NCBI RefSeq assembly: GCF_036321535.1
Contig: NC_087439.1
Span: forward strand, 10,602,001 to 10,666,000
DNA: 64,000 nucleotides
Reading direction: 5' to 3'
Source of the DNA: Camelus dromedarius
Taxonomy: Eukaryota
A program made the position numbers and the translations under genes. The notes under the pieces are model-generated. The model was not told the DNA's origin and did no database searches. It saw nothing but the letters and a program-made list of their open reading frames with translations. The first letter of the stretch is position 1. Every line of letters starts with the position of its first letter. This document shows, piece by piece, positions 23,235 through 36,224 of the stretch.

Positions 23235-23410
23235 TCAGAATAAGAAACTCTGGTCCTTTCTGAGGATCAGAGCTGTCCAAAGGTGGGAAGGACTGTCTCT
23301 AGAGGGAGTGAGCTCCCCATCTCTGGAGGCATTCAAGGAGGAAGACATCACCAGGGATGTTATAGAAGGAATCCTGCACTGAGTGGGACTTTGATCTGAA
23401 TGATGGCAAA
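23235..23410 (+). mobile_element. L3/CR1 LINE 3' fragment
   Basis: gtgagctccccatctctggaggcattcaagg...cagggatgttatagaaggaatcctgcac. Confidence 0.7.
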
Positions 23411-23579
23411 GATCATAATGAAGAAAGAAGAAGTCCTTCCTTCACTCATTGGACCAATATTTATTGTTAAATGTCTAGCAATGACTAGCTTTGTGGCAGT
23501 TACTCTCCTGTGTGCACAGCTCACACTAAGAGAAGGACCTGAATTCAGGAAGCATTTCAGAAAACAGGGCTACGTGGAC

Positions 23580-23740
23580 ATTGCTCTTTGCCTTGGCTTT
23601 TGCATCTGTAAAATGGGTGAAGCGATAACAGTGCCTGCCTCATGGGCTGGCAGACAGAGACACCCAGCATCCTGGCACACAGTGGGCCTCTGTGAAAGGT
23701 GGCTACACTGAAGCTGCTGTTGTGATTGCTGTTAGTATTA
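23580..23740 (+). mobile_element. MIR
   Basis: gcatctgtaaaatgggtg...gtgcctgcctcatggg...cctggcacacagtggg. Confidence 0.7.
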
Positions 23741-23777
23741 GATGATGACCGTTCCTAAAATCCAGGGAGTGTCTGTC

Positions 23778-23805
23778 TTTTTTTTTTTTTTTTTTTTTTT
23801 TTTTT
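23778..23805. repeat. Poly-T (28 nt)
   Basis: Direct sequence. Confidence 0.95.
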
Positions 23806-24379
23806 GGTGGAAGATCCAAACAGCCCGGTGCATATTAAATCAAGTCCCAAGAATCTGGCCCAGCTAAAAACCTCACGCAGGGTAGCCAGGACCAGCTGGG
23901 ACTGGAACCAGAGACCCACAGCACACCAGTCCTTGGACCATGTCCAAAGACAGCCAGTTGTCAGAGGCAGGAGCTTTGCTGAATGTACATTATCTGCCAC
24001 CATCATTTCTCAGGAATGGTATCCAAGGGCCAAACAAAGTCATTTATCTCTGAAGCAGCTTAATTGCTTTGTAGAGGAAAGGGTGGTTCTCACCATGAAC
24101 CCAGCTAGGCTTTTCGAAGCAGGGGAAATAGAAACCCACGAGCCCCTCAGAAAATCTGATGTCAGCTGGCCTCCTGATCCTCCTCCTGGTATGAAGTCAC
24201 ATGGTACCTACCTGTCACCCAAACCGGGAAGAACAGGGGTTACAGCCAAGAGGACCGAAGTCAGGGCCAGCTCTGTCCCCGGTCCTTGGGGTAGAATAAT
24301 GATCTGGAGTGAGGCTCAGGCTCTCCACAAGGCTTTGGGTCGCTAAGAAAAGACCAAAACTGGGGTGTGTCTTAGATGC

Positions 24380-24575
24380 AGAAAATCTTAGTCTCCAAAG
24401 TCAGGCCACCTGGCTCCCGGTCCCAGCCCTGCCAATCACCAGCTGTGTGACCTTGGGCAGATTACTTAACTTCTCTCAGCCACCAGTTCCTCCTCTGTGA
24501 ACCGGCACTGAGTCTTATCATTCAAGAACTGGGAGGATTCAATGAGACTGTCCTCAGTAAACGCCTGGAACACCG
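24380..24575 (+). mobile_element. MIR
   Basis: cagctgtgtgaccttgggcagattacttaacttctctcagcc. Confidence 0.8.
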
Positions 24576-25264
24576 AAGACCCGCTTTCCTCCCCAGAGCC
24601 TTGTGAAGGGTTGAATCCGGGCCAGTGTGAGGCTCTTCACCTGCTAACCCCACGATCTGTCTCTCAGTAAACGTGGGAGTGTGAACAGGCACCAAGAGGA
24701 CCCAGAAGAAAGGAGTCCTGTCTGGCTGAAGGCTGGGGCCCGAGGAGTGGGCCTGGCTGAGGCGTGGGGAGGCTGGCTTTTGGGGGAGAAAGACGAAGAG
24801 ACTTCACTGCCATGCATTTGTCCCAGAGCTTTCAAGCACCTTCTTGAGGCTTTGGGGGAAGAGTCTGAACTCTTGCTCAAGGGAAACAAGAGAATGAGTG
24901 GCCAGGGGAATGGGGGAATGGGGCAATGAGTCAACAAACTCACTCAGCAATGAGGGCGGGCAAGGACAGCCTGGAAGACCCAACAAGGGTTTGCGGGGAA
25001 CTGTGTGAGGACTGGCCGGGGCCAGCTCTGCTCAGCTCAGGACACTCTTCTTAAACAAGGAAGACCCGGCCCTTGCCCTTGGAAACTTGGGACTCAGATG
25101 CGAATTCAGTCATCTTCAGACAGTGGTGAGTATAGGTGTTGCCGGGAGAACTAATAAAAAACACAGCAAACCAAGACTTCCACTTCTGGAGAGATGGAGT
25201 TGTTTCCCAACTCCACCCCCCAAGAACGACAAAAACCCCTGGGCATCACCTCTAACACCAACAG

Positions 25265-25645
25265 AAGAGGACTCACAAACAGAGAAAGACAAATACTGTC
25301 TGATTATCACTTATAAGTGGACTCTAAAAAATACAACAAACTAGTGAATATAACAAAAAAGAAGCAGACTCCCAGATACAGAGAACAAATCAGTGGTCAC
25401 CAGTAGGAAGAAGGAAGTGGGGAGGGGCAAGATAGGGGTAAGGGATTAAGAGGCACAAACTATTAGGCATAAAATAAACTACAAGGATCTACTGTACAAC
25501 ATGGAAGATACAAGCAATATTTTATAACAGCTATAAATGCAGTATAACCTTTAAAAATTATGAAATCACTCTATTGCTCACTAGTAACATGTAGTATTGT
25601 ACATCAACTATACTTCAATAAAAATTTTAAAAAATAAAATAAAAG
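25265..25645 (+). mobile_element. Artiodactyl-type L1 3' end
   Basis: agagaaagacaaatactg, G-rich 3'UTR, tgtacatcaactatacttcaataaaa plus A tail. Confidence 0.85.
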
Positions 25646-26266
25646 GATTCAAACGTGGAAAGAAGAGGCCAGCAGCTAGGAAACTCGGGACCCCAGGAAC
25701 CGCATAGTGGAGAGTTGCCTCATATATCCTAGACTTGGAGCAAAAGAGTCAATAACCCAGAAACACCAAAGGACACAAACGAAAAAGAAAAAGCCCCAAC
25801 ACAAAAGCCTGCTCTCTCTAACTAAAGGTCCAGGAAAGGGGCAGCCTAGCAAGGCAGAAAACTGTTTTTCAATTGTGGTAAAATATACGTAACACAAAAT
25901 TTACCATCTTAACGATTTTTACAGTTCACTGGCATTAAGCGCATTCACCGTGTTGTGCAGCCATCACCACCACCCATCTCTGAACTCTTTTCATCTTGCA
26001 AAACTGAAACTCTGTATCCATTAAACAGTAACTCCCCAGTTCCCCCTTCCCCCGACCCCCGGCAACCACCATTGTACTTTATGACTATGAATTTGACTGT
26101 TCTAGGTACCTCATACCAGTGGAATCATACCGTATTTGCCTTTTTGTGATTGGCTTATTTCACTTAAGCATGTCCTCAAGGTTCATTCATGTTGTAGCAT
26201 GTGTCAGGATTTCCTTCCTGTTTAAGCTGAGGGATATTCCATTATACGTATGTTTCCGTACACACA

Positions 26267-26398
26267 NNNNNNNNNNNNNNNNNNNNNNNNNNNNNNNNNN
26301 NNNNNNNNNNNNNNNNNNNNNNNNNNNNNNNNNNNNNNNNNNNNNNNNNNNNNNNNNNNNNNNNNNNNNNNNNNNNNNNNNNNNNNNNNNNNNNNNNN
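26267..26398. other. Assembly gap
   Basis: N run. Confidence 1.
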
Positions 26399-26559
26399 TA
26401 CCCAGACGTAGAATTTCTGGATCTCATGACAATTTTATTTTTAATTTGAGGATTCATCATACTGTGTTCCATGGTAGTTGAATCAGTTCACATTCCCACC
26501 AGCAAAGCACAAGAGTTCAAATTTCTCCACATTCTATCCAATGCTTGTTATTTTCTGTT

Positions 26560-26716
26560 TTTTTTCTGGGTTGTTGTTGGATTTTTTTGTTTTTTTTTAA
26601 TTTTTAATTTTTTAATTTTTGGTAGGGAAATTAGGTTTTATTTATTCTTAATGGAGGTACTAGGAATTGAACCCAGGACCTCATGCATGCTAGGCATAAA
26701 CTCCACCACTGAGCTA
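26560..26716 (-). mobile_element. Vic-1 SINE, 5' end lost in gap
   Basis: ggaggtactaggaattgaacccaggacctcatgcatgctagg...ccactgagcta. Confidence 0.85.
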
Positions 26717-26976
26717 NNNNNNNNNNNNNNNNNNNNNNNNNNNNNNNNNNNNNNNNNNNNNNNNNNNNNNNNNNNNNNNNNNNNNNNNNNNNNNNNNNNN
26801 NNNNNNNNNNNNNNNNNNNNNNNNNNNNNNNNNNNNNNNNNNNNNNNNNNNNNNNNNNNNNNNNNNNNNNNNNNNNNNNNNNNNNNNNNNNNNNNNNNNN
26901 NNNNNNNNNNNNNNNNNNNNNNNNNNNNNNNNNNNNNNNNNNNNNNNNNNNNNNNNNNNNNNNNNNNNNNNNNNNN
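26717..26976. other. Assembly gap
   Basis: N run. Confidence 1.
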
Positions 26977-27040
26977 TTAACGCCGTATCAGATACACAGT
27001 TTACAAATTTTTTCTCCCTTTCTATGGGTTGACTTTCTTC

Positions 27041-27045
<5 letters not shown>

Positions 27046-27078
<33 letters not shown>

Positions 27079-27160
27079 AATGGAAGTACTGGGGACTGAA
27101 CCCAAGACCTTATGCATGATAAGAATGCACTCTACCACTGAGCTATACCTCCCACCCCCT
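27046..27160 (-). mobile_element. Vic-1-type SINE, short form with (CAA)n tail
   Basis: tRNA-Ala-like head, no CCTAATTACCTCC module, (TTG)n at about 27047-27078. Confidence 0.85.
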
Positions 27161-27759
27161 CCACTCTATTAATTGTCTTATTTGATGCACAGAAGTTTTT
27201 TATTTCACTGAATTCCAATTTACCTATTTTCTCTTTAGTTGCCTGTGCTTTGGGGGTCATATGCAAGAAATCACTCATAAATTCAACGTCATAAAGCTTT
27301 TCCCCTATATTTTCTTCTAAGAGTCTTATAGTTTTTGTTTTTACATTTAGGTCTTTGATCCATTTGAAATTAATTTTTATATATTAAGTATGATTCCAGC
27401 TTCACTCTTTTGCAAATGAATATCCAATTTTCCCAGCAGCATTTGTTGGATTATCCCTTCCCATTGAATGGCCTTAGAATCCTTGTCAAAACTCATTTGA
27501 TCATATATTTGAGGATTTATTAAGGCAAAACTTTTATTCAATAACCACTTGACCCCAATCAAACACCACGGAAAAGAACTCTGGCCCCAACCCCACCCCT
27601 AATATAGAAAGCCACATGGGAGCCTATATTTCCATCCAGGCAATCATAAGAAGCCCCCAAACCATGCTGGTTGTTGTCAAAGAAGGCTCCGTGGAGAACC
27701 AGGACTTTCATTCTTCCTTGACTTCCCCTCTGATGCATGGATTATTTATTGATTTCTAG

Positions 27760-29325
27760 TTTGATTCCATTGTGGCCACTGAAAACACTCTGTATGATTA
27801 GAATTCTTTTAAATTGGTTGAGGTTTGTTTTTTGACCCAGGATGTGATCTTTCTTGATCTATATTCCATGGGCACTTGAATGTGCATTCTGATGTTGTTG
27901 GGTGGAGTGTTCAATAAATGTCAACTGGATTCTCTTAGTTGGTGGTGGTGTTCAGTTATTCTCTGTCCTTGCTGACTTGCTGTCTAGTTGTCAATCATTG
28001 AGAGAGAAGCATTGAAATTTCCAACTATAATTACAGATTTATTTTTCCTCTCAGATCTATCAATTTTTGCTTTACATATTTTGCAGCTCTGTTGTTTGAT
28101 ACATTCACCTTTAAGTTTGCCACGTCTTCTTGGTGGATTGATCCTTTTATCATTGTAAAATGTCCCTCTGTCTCCCATAATTTTCTTTGCTGTGAAGTCT
28201 ACTTTATCTGGTATTAATATAGTCACTTCTGCTTTACTTCAACTAATGTTTTCACGATTTATCTTTTTCCATCCTTCTACTTCAACTTACCCCTATCATT
28301 ATATTTGAAGGGAGTTTCTTATAGACAGCATATAGTTGGGTTGGTTTTAATAATCGACTCTGCCAATCCCTGCCTGTCAATTGATGTATTTAGAGCTTTT
28401 ATATTTAATGTAATCATCAATATTTATGACTTAAGCCTGCAATTTTATTTTTTGTTTTCAGTTTGTACTGGTTTTCATTTCTGTTTCCTTTTTCCTTCTT
28501 TCCTGTGGGTGATTTGAACATTTTTTTAGAATACTATTTTGATTTATCTATAGTGCCTTTGAGTACATCTTCTTGTGTGGCATTTTTAGTGATTTCTCTA
28601 GCTCATTACATTATACAAGTTTCCCCACTATTGGAAAATAGAGCATCCTGTGAAAACTTTCATAAGCCAAAACAGCATAAAGTGAAGAAGCAATTACCTT
28701 AGGACATGTCATGCTAACAATGCACAAAATAAATCAAAATGAAGCACAAATGCTCACAGGCACAGTTCAGATGGCATGGCAACTTGGTGCTGTGATGTTG
28801 AGTATAGTTCCCAGGGAAGGAGCTTGGCAGTGCCACTCTGGCTGCTGGAGATGCATGCTGCCTCTATAATAGCTCTTTGCAAAGCAAACACTGAACACTA
28901 TTTTCGATTTTGCCTTGTTTCATAAAAGTGAAAATCCACTTCAGTTTTCTTTCAGTTAGCAAAAACAGGTACCAATGTAGGTTTTCCATAAAAGTAAAGT
29001 GTCATAGAGCAAACTTTCAAAAAGCAGGGGATACCTGTATATACAGAACTTACTGCAGTCTATTGAGAGTGTCATTTCATCAGCTTGAGTGAAGTATAGA
29101 AACGCCTCTACCTTTACATCCTATTTATATTGTAATCATCTTAAATATTTATTTCACATACATTTAACACCACATCAGAGAGTGCTACAGTTTTTGCTTC
29201 ATCTATCAAGCATCATTTTGAAAACTCAAGAGGAGAAGGAAAGTCTATTGTGTGTTACCCATATTTTTGCTTACTACAGCCTTTCTTCCTTCTTAGCTTC
29301 CAAGATTGCTTCGTTCTCTTGGCAA
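27760..29325 (-). mobile_element. Old L1 ORF2 endonuclease region and upstream sequence, interrupted by a Tigger-type element
   Basis: ORF 27984-28226 ILIPDKVDFTAKKI...IIVGNFNASLSMIDN resembles the L1 EN domain. Confidence 0.85.
28616..29037 (-). mobile_element. TcMar-Tigger-type non-autonomous DNA transposon (subfamily not determined)
   Basis: Imperfect TIRs CAAGTTTCCCCACTATTGGAAA / CAGGTATCCCCTGCTTTTTGAAA, TA on both sides. Confidence 0.75.
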
Positions 29326-29329
29326 AGAC

Positions 29330-30350
29330 TCATCCACACTGTTTTGTGAATCAGCTCCTTCTTTTTTATTGCTGAGTAGTGTGCCATTATATGAATGCAG
29401 CACAGTTTGCTTACCCGTTCACCTGCTGAAGGATATCTCTGTTGTTTCCAGGTTTTGTTGATTATGAATAAAGTTGCTGCAAACATTCACATACAGGTTT
29501 TTGTATGGACATAAGTTTCCATTTCACCTGGGCAAATATCTAGAAGGGAAAAGGCTAGATCACATGGTAGGGCTGTGTTTGACATTTTAAGAAACTGCCA
29601 ACTCTTTTCCAAAGTGGTTGTACATTTCTACATTCCCATCAATAATTTATGACAGATTCAGTTGTCCCACATCCTTGTCAGCCCCTTGGTATGTCATCCC
29701 TTTTATTTGTTTGTTTGTTCTAGTCATCATAGTTGTGGTTTAGCAAGACTCATTGTGGTTTTAATTTGCACATCCCTGAAAACTAGTTGTGCTTATTTGC
29801 CACCTGTATGTCTTCTGTCCCTTTTTAATTGGGCTATTTGTTTTCTTATCGTTGACTTTTGAGAATTCTTAATATCGTCTGAACCCAAGTCTCTTCTTCA
29901 TTTTGAAGAATATGGTAGGCTAAATTTTGGTAGACTCCAATATATCAGTTTTTCCTGTTACAAATTGTCCTTTTGCCTATCCCAGGTCACAAACACTTTA
30001 TCCTAGGAATTTCTAGTTCTAGATTGTACATTTACATCTACAATCCATTTTGAGTCCATTTTTGTATGTGGTGTGAGTTACAGATCAAAGTTCATTTTTT
30101 TGCATGTGGATGTCCACCTACTCCAGCACCGTTTCTTTGAAGACTCTTTTTGCCATGGAATTGCCTTTGTATTTTTGCTGAAAATCTGTTGGCGAGCTAT
30201 GTGGGTCTATTTTGGTACCCTCTACTCTGTTTATTGATCTATGCGCCTGTCCCTTTGCCCATACCACTCTGTTTTGATTGCTGTCATTTTAGAGAAATCA
30301 GATCATCTAAGTTCTCCAACATTATTCTCTTTCAAAATTGTTTAGGTATT
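29330..30350 (-). mobile_element. L1M ORF2 C-terminal remnant
   Basis: ORF 29274-29486 MFAATLFIINKTWKQQRYPS...HIMAHYSAIKKKEL resembles the L1 ORF2 C-terminus. Confidence 0.85.
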
Positions 30351-31719
30351 CTGGCCCAACCATCTGCCTGTGGCCCACAGGGTGCCCGACCTGCCTGCCT
30401 GCTGGAAGATCCTGTCATGCTTGTGTCCCACCACCTGACCGTGGGTGTGATCCCCAGGTTATTTTAATCTCCCCTGTTCCTCATTCCTTTTGGCTGAGCC
30501 ATTGCCATGGTTTTCCCATCTTCTTTGGCTCCTTCTCATATACTCCCATTCCTCTGGTCCCCACCACCGACCTCCCCATCAAGTTAGTCCTTTGTCGTCT
30601 CAAGCTGCCCAACCAACCTCCTATGCCTTGAGCAGACCTTTCTGCCTATAGTCCTGGTCTGACCATGTGGTTTCCCAGCATTGAGACCCTCCATTGTCAT
30701 CCAGTTCAAACTCTATCTATCTGCCCAGAAGAGAGAACACAAGCTCAGAGTCAGAGACTGGATTTGACCCTGGCCATGCTCCCTCAGACAGCCCAACCAC
30801 AGTGTCATTATGGCCAAAGTGGAGCAGTTGAACTGACCTGGAGGCAAGGGGTGCAGAGAGGTGGGAAAATTCTCTACACACACTCTGTCTGTCCCAACAA
30901 CTTCTGGCTGCCTTCTCAATGTTGGCCAAATAGAAGTCCTCATGGTTCTACTACTGTTTCTACTATTGCTCAGTGGGGCTGAGGAACTTCCTCTTGAATA
31001 GGGCCCCAGATCTGTTGTCAGGCCTGGGTTTTGAGGAAGCCATGCCTTATCAGAGCCCCATCGAGGCCATCTGCCCTGGACTGTTGGCCCAGACAGACTC
31101 TAACCTTGACACCCTCTGACACAGTTGTCTTGCCCTCATGACTTCACTCACTCAGTTATGGACAAGGCACATCTGAGATCGTTCAAGCGAGCAGCATGAC
31201 CAGTTCCTGAATTGAGAGAACCCAGCCTGCCGCATGACCTTCTGAATTGCTGCCCATGTCATGACGTGTCAAGGAAGCTTTGTCATTAACAGGACACATT
31301 CAAGTACACAGGGACGCGGTGGCCACCTGCTCAGTCGTCTGTAAATGCCAGTCTGCAAACTGCCCCTTTCTCTACTTTTAACAATCCACGCGTGCATTCA
31401 CTCATTCATTCATTGACTCCGTAGACCTGCTCTGGGGTGGTGGTGGGGTCTGGGAACTCAGAGGAGTTTAAGGCCGTGCTTGCCCTCGAGAAGTCCACTT
31501 GCCTTCTCTCCAGGACCCACTCAGAGCTCACCATGGGCAATGCCCATGTCGTAGGCACTCAAGCACTCTCATAGAGAAGGGAGCGTTGGCAGCCCTGTGG
31601 AGAGGCCCACCGGTAAGAAGCAGGGGTCTCCTGCCCTGTCTCTCTCTGCCCTCAGATCCACCTCTGGGACAGAGCCCTATACCCCATACACCCATTTCTT
31701 CCCCACTTCTCAAATCACT

Positions 31720-32110
31720 TGGCCTGATTTCTCCCTAGTCCACCAAAATGGCTCTGGTCAAGGCCCCCTCTGATCATCTGGTTGCTGGGCCTGATGGGCA
31801 CTTTGCCATTCCCATTTACTGGTTTCCCAGGAGCCTCTAACATGGAGACCCCACCCCCATCCATCCCCCACAGGAGTCTCCTGACGGCTCTCTCAGCCCG
31901 TCCCCTGTGCCCACCTCATCCCAATCTGTCCCATGCAGGATTCCCCATTGTGAAATCACACTGTGTCATGTCTCTGCTTCATCGTCCTCCTGCCCGGGCT
32001 CCCCAGGGCTCTGAAGTTCAAGCCCATCCCTTCCCCAGGCCCACGAGGGCAGCCACAGCCACCTCCCTGGCCTCACCTGGACTGCCCTCCATCACCCTGC
32101 TCACTCGGCC
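31720..32110 (+). mobile_element. L2 fragment (RT/3' region)
   Basis: tccaccaaaatggctctggtcaagg (STKMALVK, cf. L2 STETALAKV). Confidence 0.55.
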
Positions 32111-32127
32111 ATTGCGCTCTTCCAGCA

Positions 32128-32390
32128 TTTTCTCTATTGTTGCCTAACAAATTCCCACAAAACTTGGTGGCTCAACAACAATAAGTGTTGATTCTCTCCC
32201 ATGGTTTCTGAGGGACAGGAATTTGGGAGCGGCTAAGCTAGGCCGTTCTGGCTCAGGGCTCTTGGGAGGCTGCTGTCAGCGGACCTGCCGTCATCCAAAG
32301 ACATGACCGGGGCAGGGGTTCCACATTCCAGATGGTTTCTTCACGCGGCAGTCAGGGGGCCAGAGTGCCGGGAGCTCATCTCCTCTTGCC
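32128..32390 (-). mobile_element. ERVL-MaLR LTR (MLT1F/E-like) fragment
   Basis: tattgttgcctaacaaattcccacaaaacttggtggctc...gttctggctcaggg. Confidence 0.7.
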
Positions 32391-32563
32391 TCAGACTTGA
32401 GGGGCCTGAAGAGGCAGCCCCAAGCCAGCGGAGGAAAGTAGTAAATGTGGAAGTTATTAAACAACCAAAAATTTTACATAAAGCCAGCTATATACATCTG
32501 AGATCAAAATCAGCAGTGTTCATGATCATCAAGACAGAAAACTAAGTGCCCATTAACAGATGA

Positions 32564-32731
32564 NNNNNNNNNNNNNNNNNNNNNNNNNNNNNNNNNNNNN
32601 NNNNNNNNNNNNNNNNNNNNNNNNNNNNNNNNNNNNNNNNNNNNNNNNNNNNNNNNNNNNNNNNNNNNNNNNNNNNNNNNNNNNNNNNNNNNNNNNNNNN
32701 NNNNNNNNNNNNNNNNNNNNNNNNNNNNNNN
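32564..32731. other. Assembly gap
   Basis: N run. Confidence 1.
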
Positions 32732-32790
32732 TTGAGGGTATGATGCTAATTGAAATACATCAGACAGAGAAAGACAGGTACTGTACAGAT

Positions 32791-32932
32791 GGGAGGGTAT
32801 AGCTCAGTGGTAGAGTGTGTGCTTAGCATGCAAGAGGTCCTGGGCTCAATCCCCAGCACCTCCATCAAATAAATAAATAAATAAATAAAACTAATTACCT
32901 CCCTCCCCCAAATTTAAAAAAAAAAGAAAGAA
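32791..32932 (+). mobile_element. Vic-1 SINE, full length
   Basis: tRNA-Ala-like head, (AAAT)5, CTAATTACCTCC, 18-bp TSD AGAAAGACAGGTA(C/T)TGTA (32768-32785/32933-32950). Confidence 0.92.
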
Positions 32933-33884
32933 AGAAAGACAGGTATTGTATGATCTTACATACATATGAATCTAAAAAAGCTGAACTCTGAATAGCAAGA
33001 ATTTACTGTAAAGCACAGAGAACAATATTCAATATCTTGTAATCACCTATAATGGAATAGAATCTGAGGAAAATACATATATTTAATATAACTGAATCAC
33101 TTCACTGTACACCTAAGACTAATTGTAAATAAAGTATACTTTAATAAAAAAAAATCAGGAGATCTGTTTGAGTTAAAGAGCCACCCTAAGATGTGACTGT
33201 GGTGCAGTCCCTTTCATGCTGTGCCTGAGTGTCCAGGAACTGCCCCCTCCACCCCGGCTCAGAGACCAGCATTTCCCTCTCCAGGAAGGCCCCGCTGCTT
33301 TGCGACGCTGCCAGCTCCAGCAGGCACCCCTGCAGCTCAACACAGGCCACTCCGCTGATGGCCCCTGGTCCTGGAGACCGCACACCTTCCAGGACAAGGC
33401 AGACTTTAAGAAGTGGGTGCTACCATTTGCTGGTGCATCACCTCACAGCTCTCCTACCCAGCCTTGCTGGTGACACCATGCTGGCATTCATCACCAAGGC
33501 AGGGTGGCTCTGAGCTCCCTCTGTCTGCCTGCAGGGTCCCGGCCTGCCTCCCACCATCCTGGCTACTCAGGGGGTACCCAGCCGTCAGCAATATGTCCAT
33601 ACAGTTCCTTTGCTTGGAGAGGGGTTTACCAGGGTCTGTGTTGTCCCCCATATGCTCTCACAGCAGCCCAGAGTCTCACCAAAACCCCCAGCCTCTGGCT
33701 CTACCTCTGTCTCCACTTGACCTCAAAACCAGTCCCTGAACTGTCTGACCAGTTCATGTCTTCTGCATACTTTCTCAAACAACAGGCATCTGGTCCCTTC
33801 CTCCCCATTCAGACTCTAACCCAGAGTCCTCCCCAAGTCCACTCAGGCATAAACTGCCCCCAGACGCTTACCAGGTGGCAAAAT

Positions 33885-34015
33885 GCTGCAAATCCTTGTT
33901 TGGATCCCCTGATAACTGAGTTAAGTATTATTACCCCCACTCTACAGATAAGGAAACTGAGACAATAATTTAAAGCCCAGAAATCAACTAACAAGGTGCC
34001 AACTGTGGAATACAC
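33885..34015 (-). mobile_element. MIR
   Basis: ccccactctacagataaggaaactgagac. Confidence 0.7.
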
Positions 34016-34484
34016 ATTTAACGACAAGGAACTGCAAAAGGACGAATGTCCCTGACCCACTTGGTGAGATGGATGGAGTGAGCTTTGCTAAGAAAGAGGC
34101 ACCTCTTGTATTTCTTCTGGCTGAGAACAGCATCCTGACAGGACAGCAAGCCACAGAGGGCCAGGGGGGTTCCAAACCTGCCCCTGCACAGTTCCCTTAG
34201 AACCGGGAGGGACTAAGGGAAGGAAGGTGAGAAAGCCCTCAGGATCACTGTGCAGGGACTCGTCTCAATGACAGCTTCAGGTGTGTGGGGTAGTCCTCCT
34301 CTCTCTCTCTCCCAGAATCCACATCTGGGAAGTGATAAACCTGTCCCAGGCCACACTTACGGCTGAACTCATTCATCTCCCTCTGAGCGTTGATCTCAGA
34401 GCACCACTTGCTGCTTCCCTGCAGGTCTTGGGGACCATTTCAGATTTCTCCACCCAGCCTTTGCACGGAGAAGGGCACTACTAC

Positions 34485-34640
34485 AGGTCACAGAGGTCAG
34501 GGGCTTTTTCGAGATCGCCACCCTCATTTGAAAGATGGGTGAACTGTGGCTCAGAGATGCTCAGACATTGACCAAGGTCACAGAGCTAATGTTGGGCAAA
34601 GCTGGGATGGGACAGGATCTGCCTGACCCCACAGCCCTCA
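34485..34640 (-). mobile_element. MIR
   Basis: actgtggctcagagatg...gaccaaggtcacagagctaatg. Confidence 0.65.
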
Positions 34641-34699
34641 CCCTGCCCAGAACACCTATGGCCTCAACTGGGCCCTGCTTTCAGCTGCTGCTCGCAGCT

Positions 34700-34975
34700 T
34701 CCTAATCTCATGCACAGTGTCCACCAACCTGAATGCCTTGCCGAGCCTCCGCCTGCCTTTCCCAGTCACCCCCACCTTCAAGACCACCTCCTTCAGGAAG
34801 CTCCCCCTGCCTATCAAAACAGGTATCTACCCCTAACACCCACATCATCTACCCTCAGATTATGCACATTTTATATTTTTTTCCAAGAGTTTCTCTGATT
34901 AAATTATTCCCCTGAATTCTACCTGTTGCCTGCAACAATGGACATGGAGTAGATAGTCAATAAATATTGTTTTCA
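34700..34975 (+). mobile_element. L2 3' fragment
   Basis: cacctccttcaggaagctcccc...gtcaataaatattgtt. Confidence 0.6.
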
Positions 34976-36224
34976 CTTGAATTAAAATCTATGCCCTTTC
35001 TTCTGTTACCTTCTTGTGCCAGGGACTTCAGACTGAAACCAGGCAGACATGGGGAGAAGGAGTCAGTCTGGGGCTACTGCCCCTCACCTGACAGATACAC
35101 ATGGGCAGGCCAGCCAGGGCCCTCTGTTCCAGGCCAGGAGGTCCGGGGAGTGAAGGATGGATCCCAGGAAGCTATGGCCAGGAGAGAGGGGTCAGACCCC
35201 AGAAAGCCTTATACATAGGCAGCATTCTGGAAAGTCCACCCTAGTCTCACTGTCCCCCCAGATCTTATCTCGACCCCTTAGACAGAGCACCTGCAGTCCC
35301 ACCATTGTTATATTCTCATAGATCATGGCAGCTCTGAGAGTTTCAAGAATCCTGAAAGCCCTGATCATCACTTCCTGTGCGAAGCCTACCCTAATTCCCA
35401 GGGGGGCTGGGCCCCCACCGCCTCCTCTGGCTTCCCTTGGCTTTTCTGTGAGTGTTGTGCTGAGCCGAGCTGCTCTTTCACATCCTGGTCTGAATCGGAT
35501 CGCTCTCCTCACCCGGGTCCCCCAGCATGGCATCCGGTCTTCAGCAAACACTAAGTATGGTGACAGCAGCGTCACCTCGCAAAGACATTATCGGAGGCTC
35601 CCAGAGCAAATGAGGGTGGTGACCAGTGGAGTACGACCAGTGGTGCTCCCAGCTTCCCCAGTCCCGCCTTGAGGCCTTAGGCAGGCCATTTACTTCTGTA
35701 CCTTCATCCCTCACGCTGGACTCCACGTCCTCCAGAACCTGGCCTGAGCATCCCATGGCTCTCCCGGGAGCCTCCCTGGGCCCTACTCCATCAGGGATGC
35801 AGTGGGTAGACCCAGGCTGCGGGTGGGCCTGGCGTGGTGCCCAGAGCTCCCCTGGGCAGGTAAACAGGCGGGAAGCAGGTGTTGAAACCCGCCAGCTGGG
35901 GCTACAGCCCCGTGTGTTTGTCTTCACAACCAAGCCGAGCAATTTCTGGTTTGTGTTGTTGCCTTCACGTTCTCCGTGTGGGGCACCTCACAGCTACGAA
36001 CCCCGCCCCTCCCACAGGAACTCTCGTGCCCAGGGGCAGCTCGGAGAATGGGTTTCTGAGCAGGTCTGTTTCCAGGGCTGGAGGCCCCTGCCTGACCCCG
36101 GTCTGCCAGGCTGGGGATCCCGGACGTCAGGGCCCCACCTGAGCCACTCCACCCAGCCCCCAGCAGCAGCCCTGGAAAGCCCAGGGAAGGCTGAGCTGAT
36201 GATGCTTTACAAGAACCATTGAAG

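Larger units (their letters stand above)
25862..27545 (-). mobile_element. L1M (L1MB-like) 3'UTR and ORF2 C-terminal remnant, with two gaps and two Vic-1 insertions
   Basis: aattgtggtaaaatatacgtaacacaaaatttaccatc terminus; ORF 27377-27562 INPQIYDQMSFDKDSKAIQW resembles the L1 ORF2 C-terminus. Confidence 0.85.
32500..33155 (+). mobile_element. Artiodactyl-type L1 3' end with gap and Vic-1 insertion
   Basis: cagacagagaaagacagg...gcacagagaacaatattcaatatcttgtaatc...gtatactttaataaaa. Confidence 0.8.

Noticed and set aside
25419-25444. G-quadruplex motif as a locus-specific feature
   Set aside because: It is the standard G-rich tract of the L1 3'UTR.
27377-29486. ORFs with real protein similarity
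   Set aside because: They match L1 ORF2 (endonuclease and C-terminal parts) but are frameshifted fragments of dead retrotransposons, not host genes.
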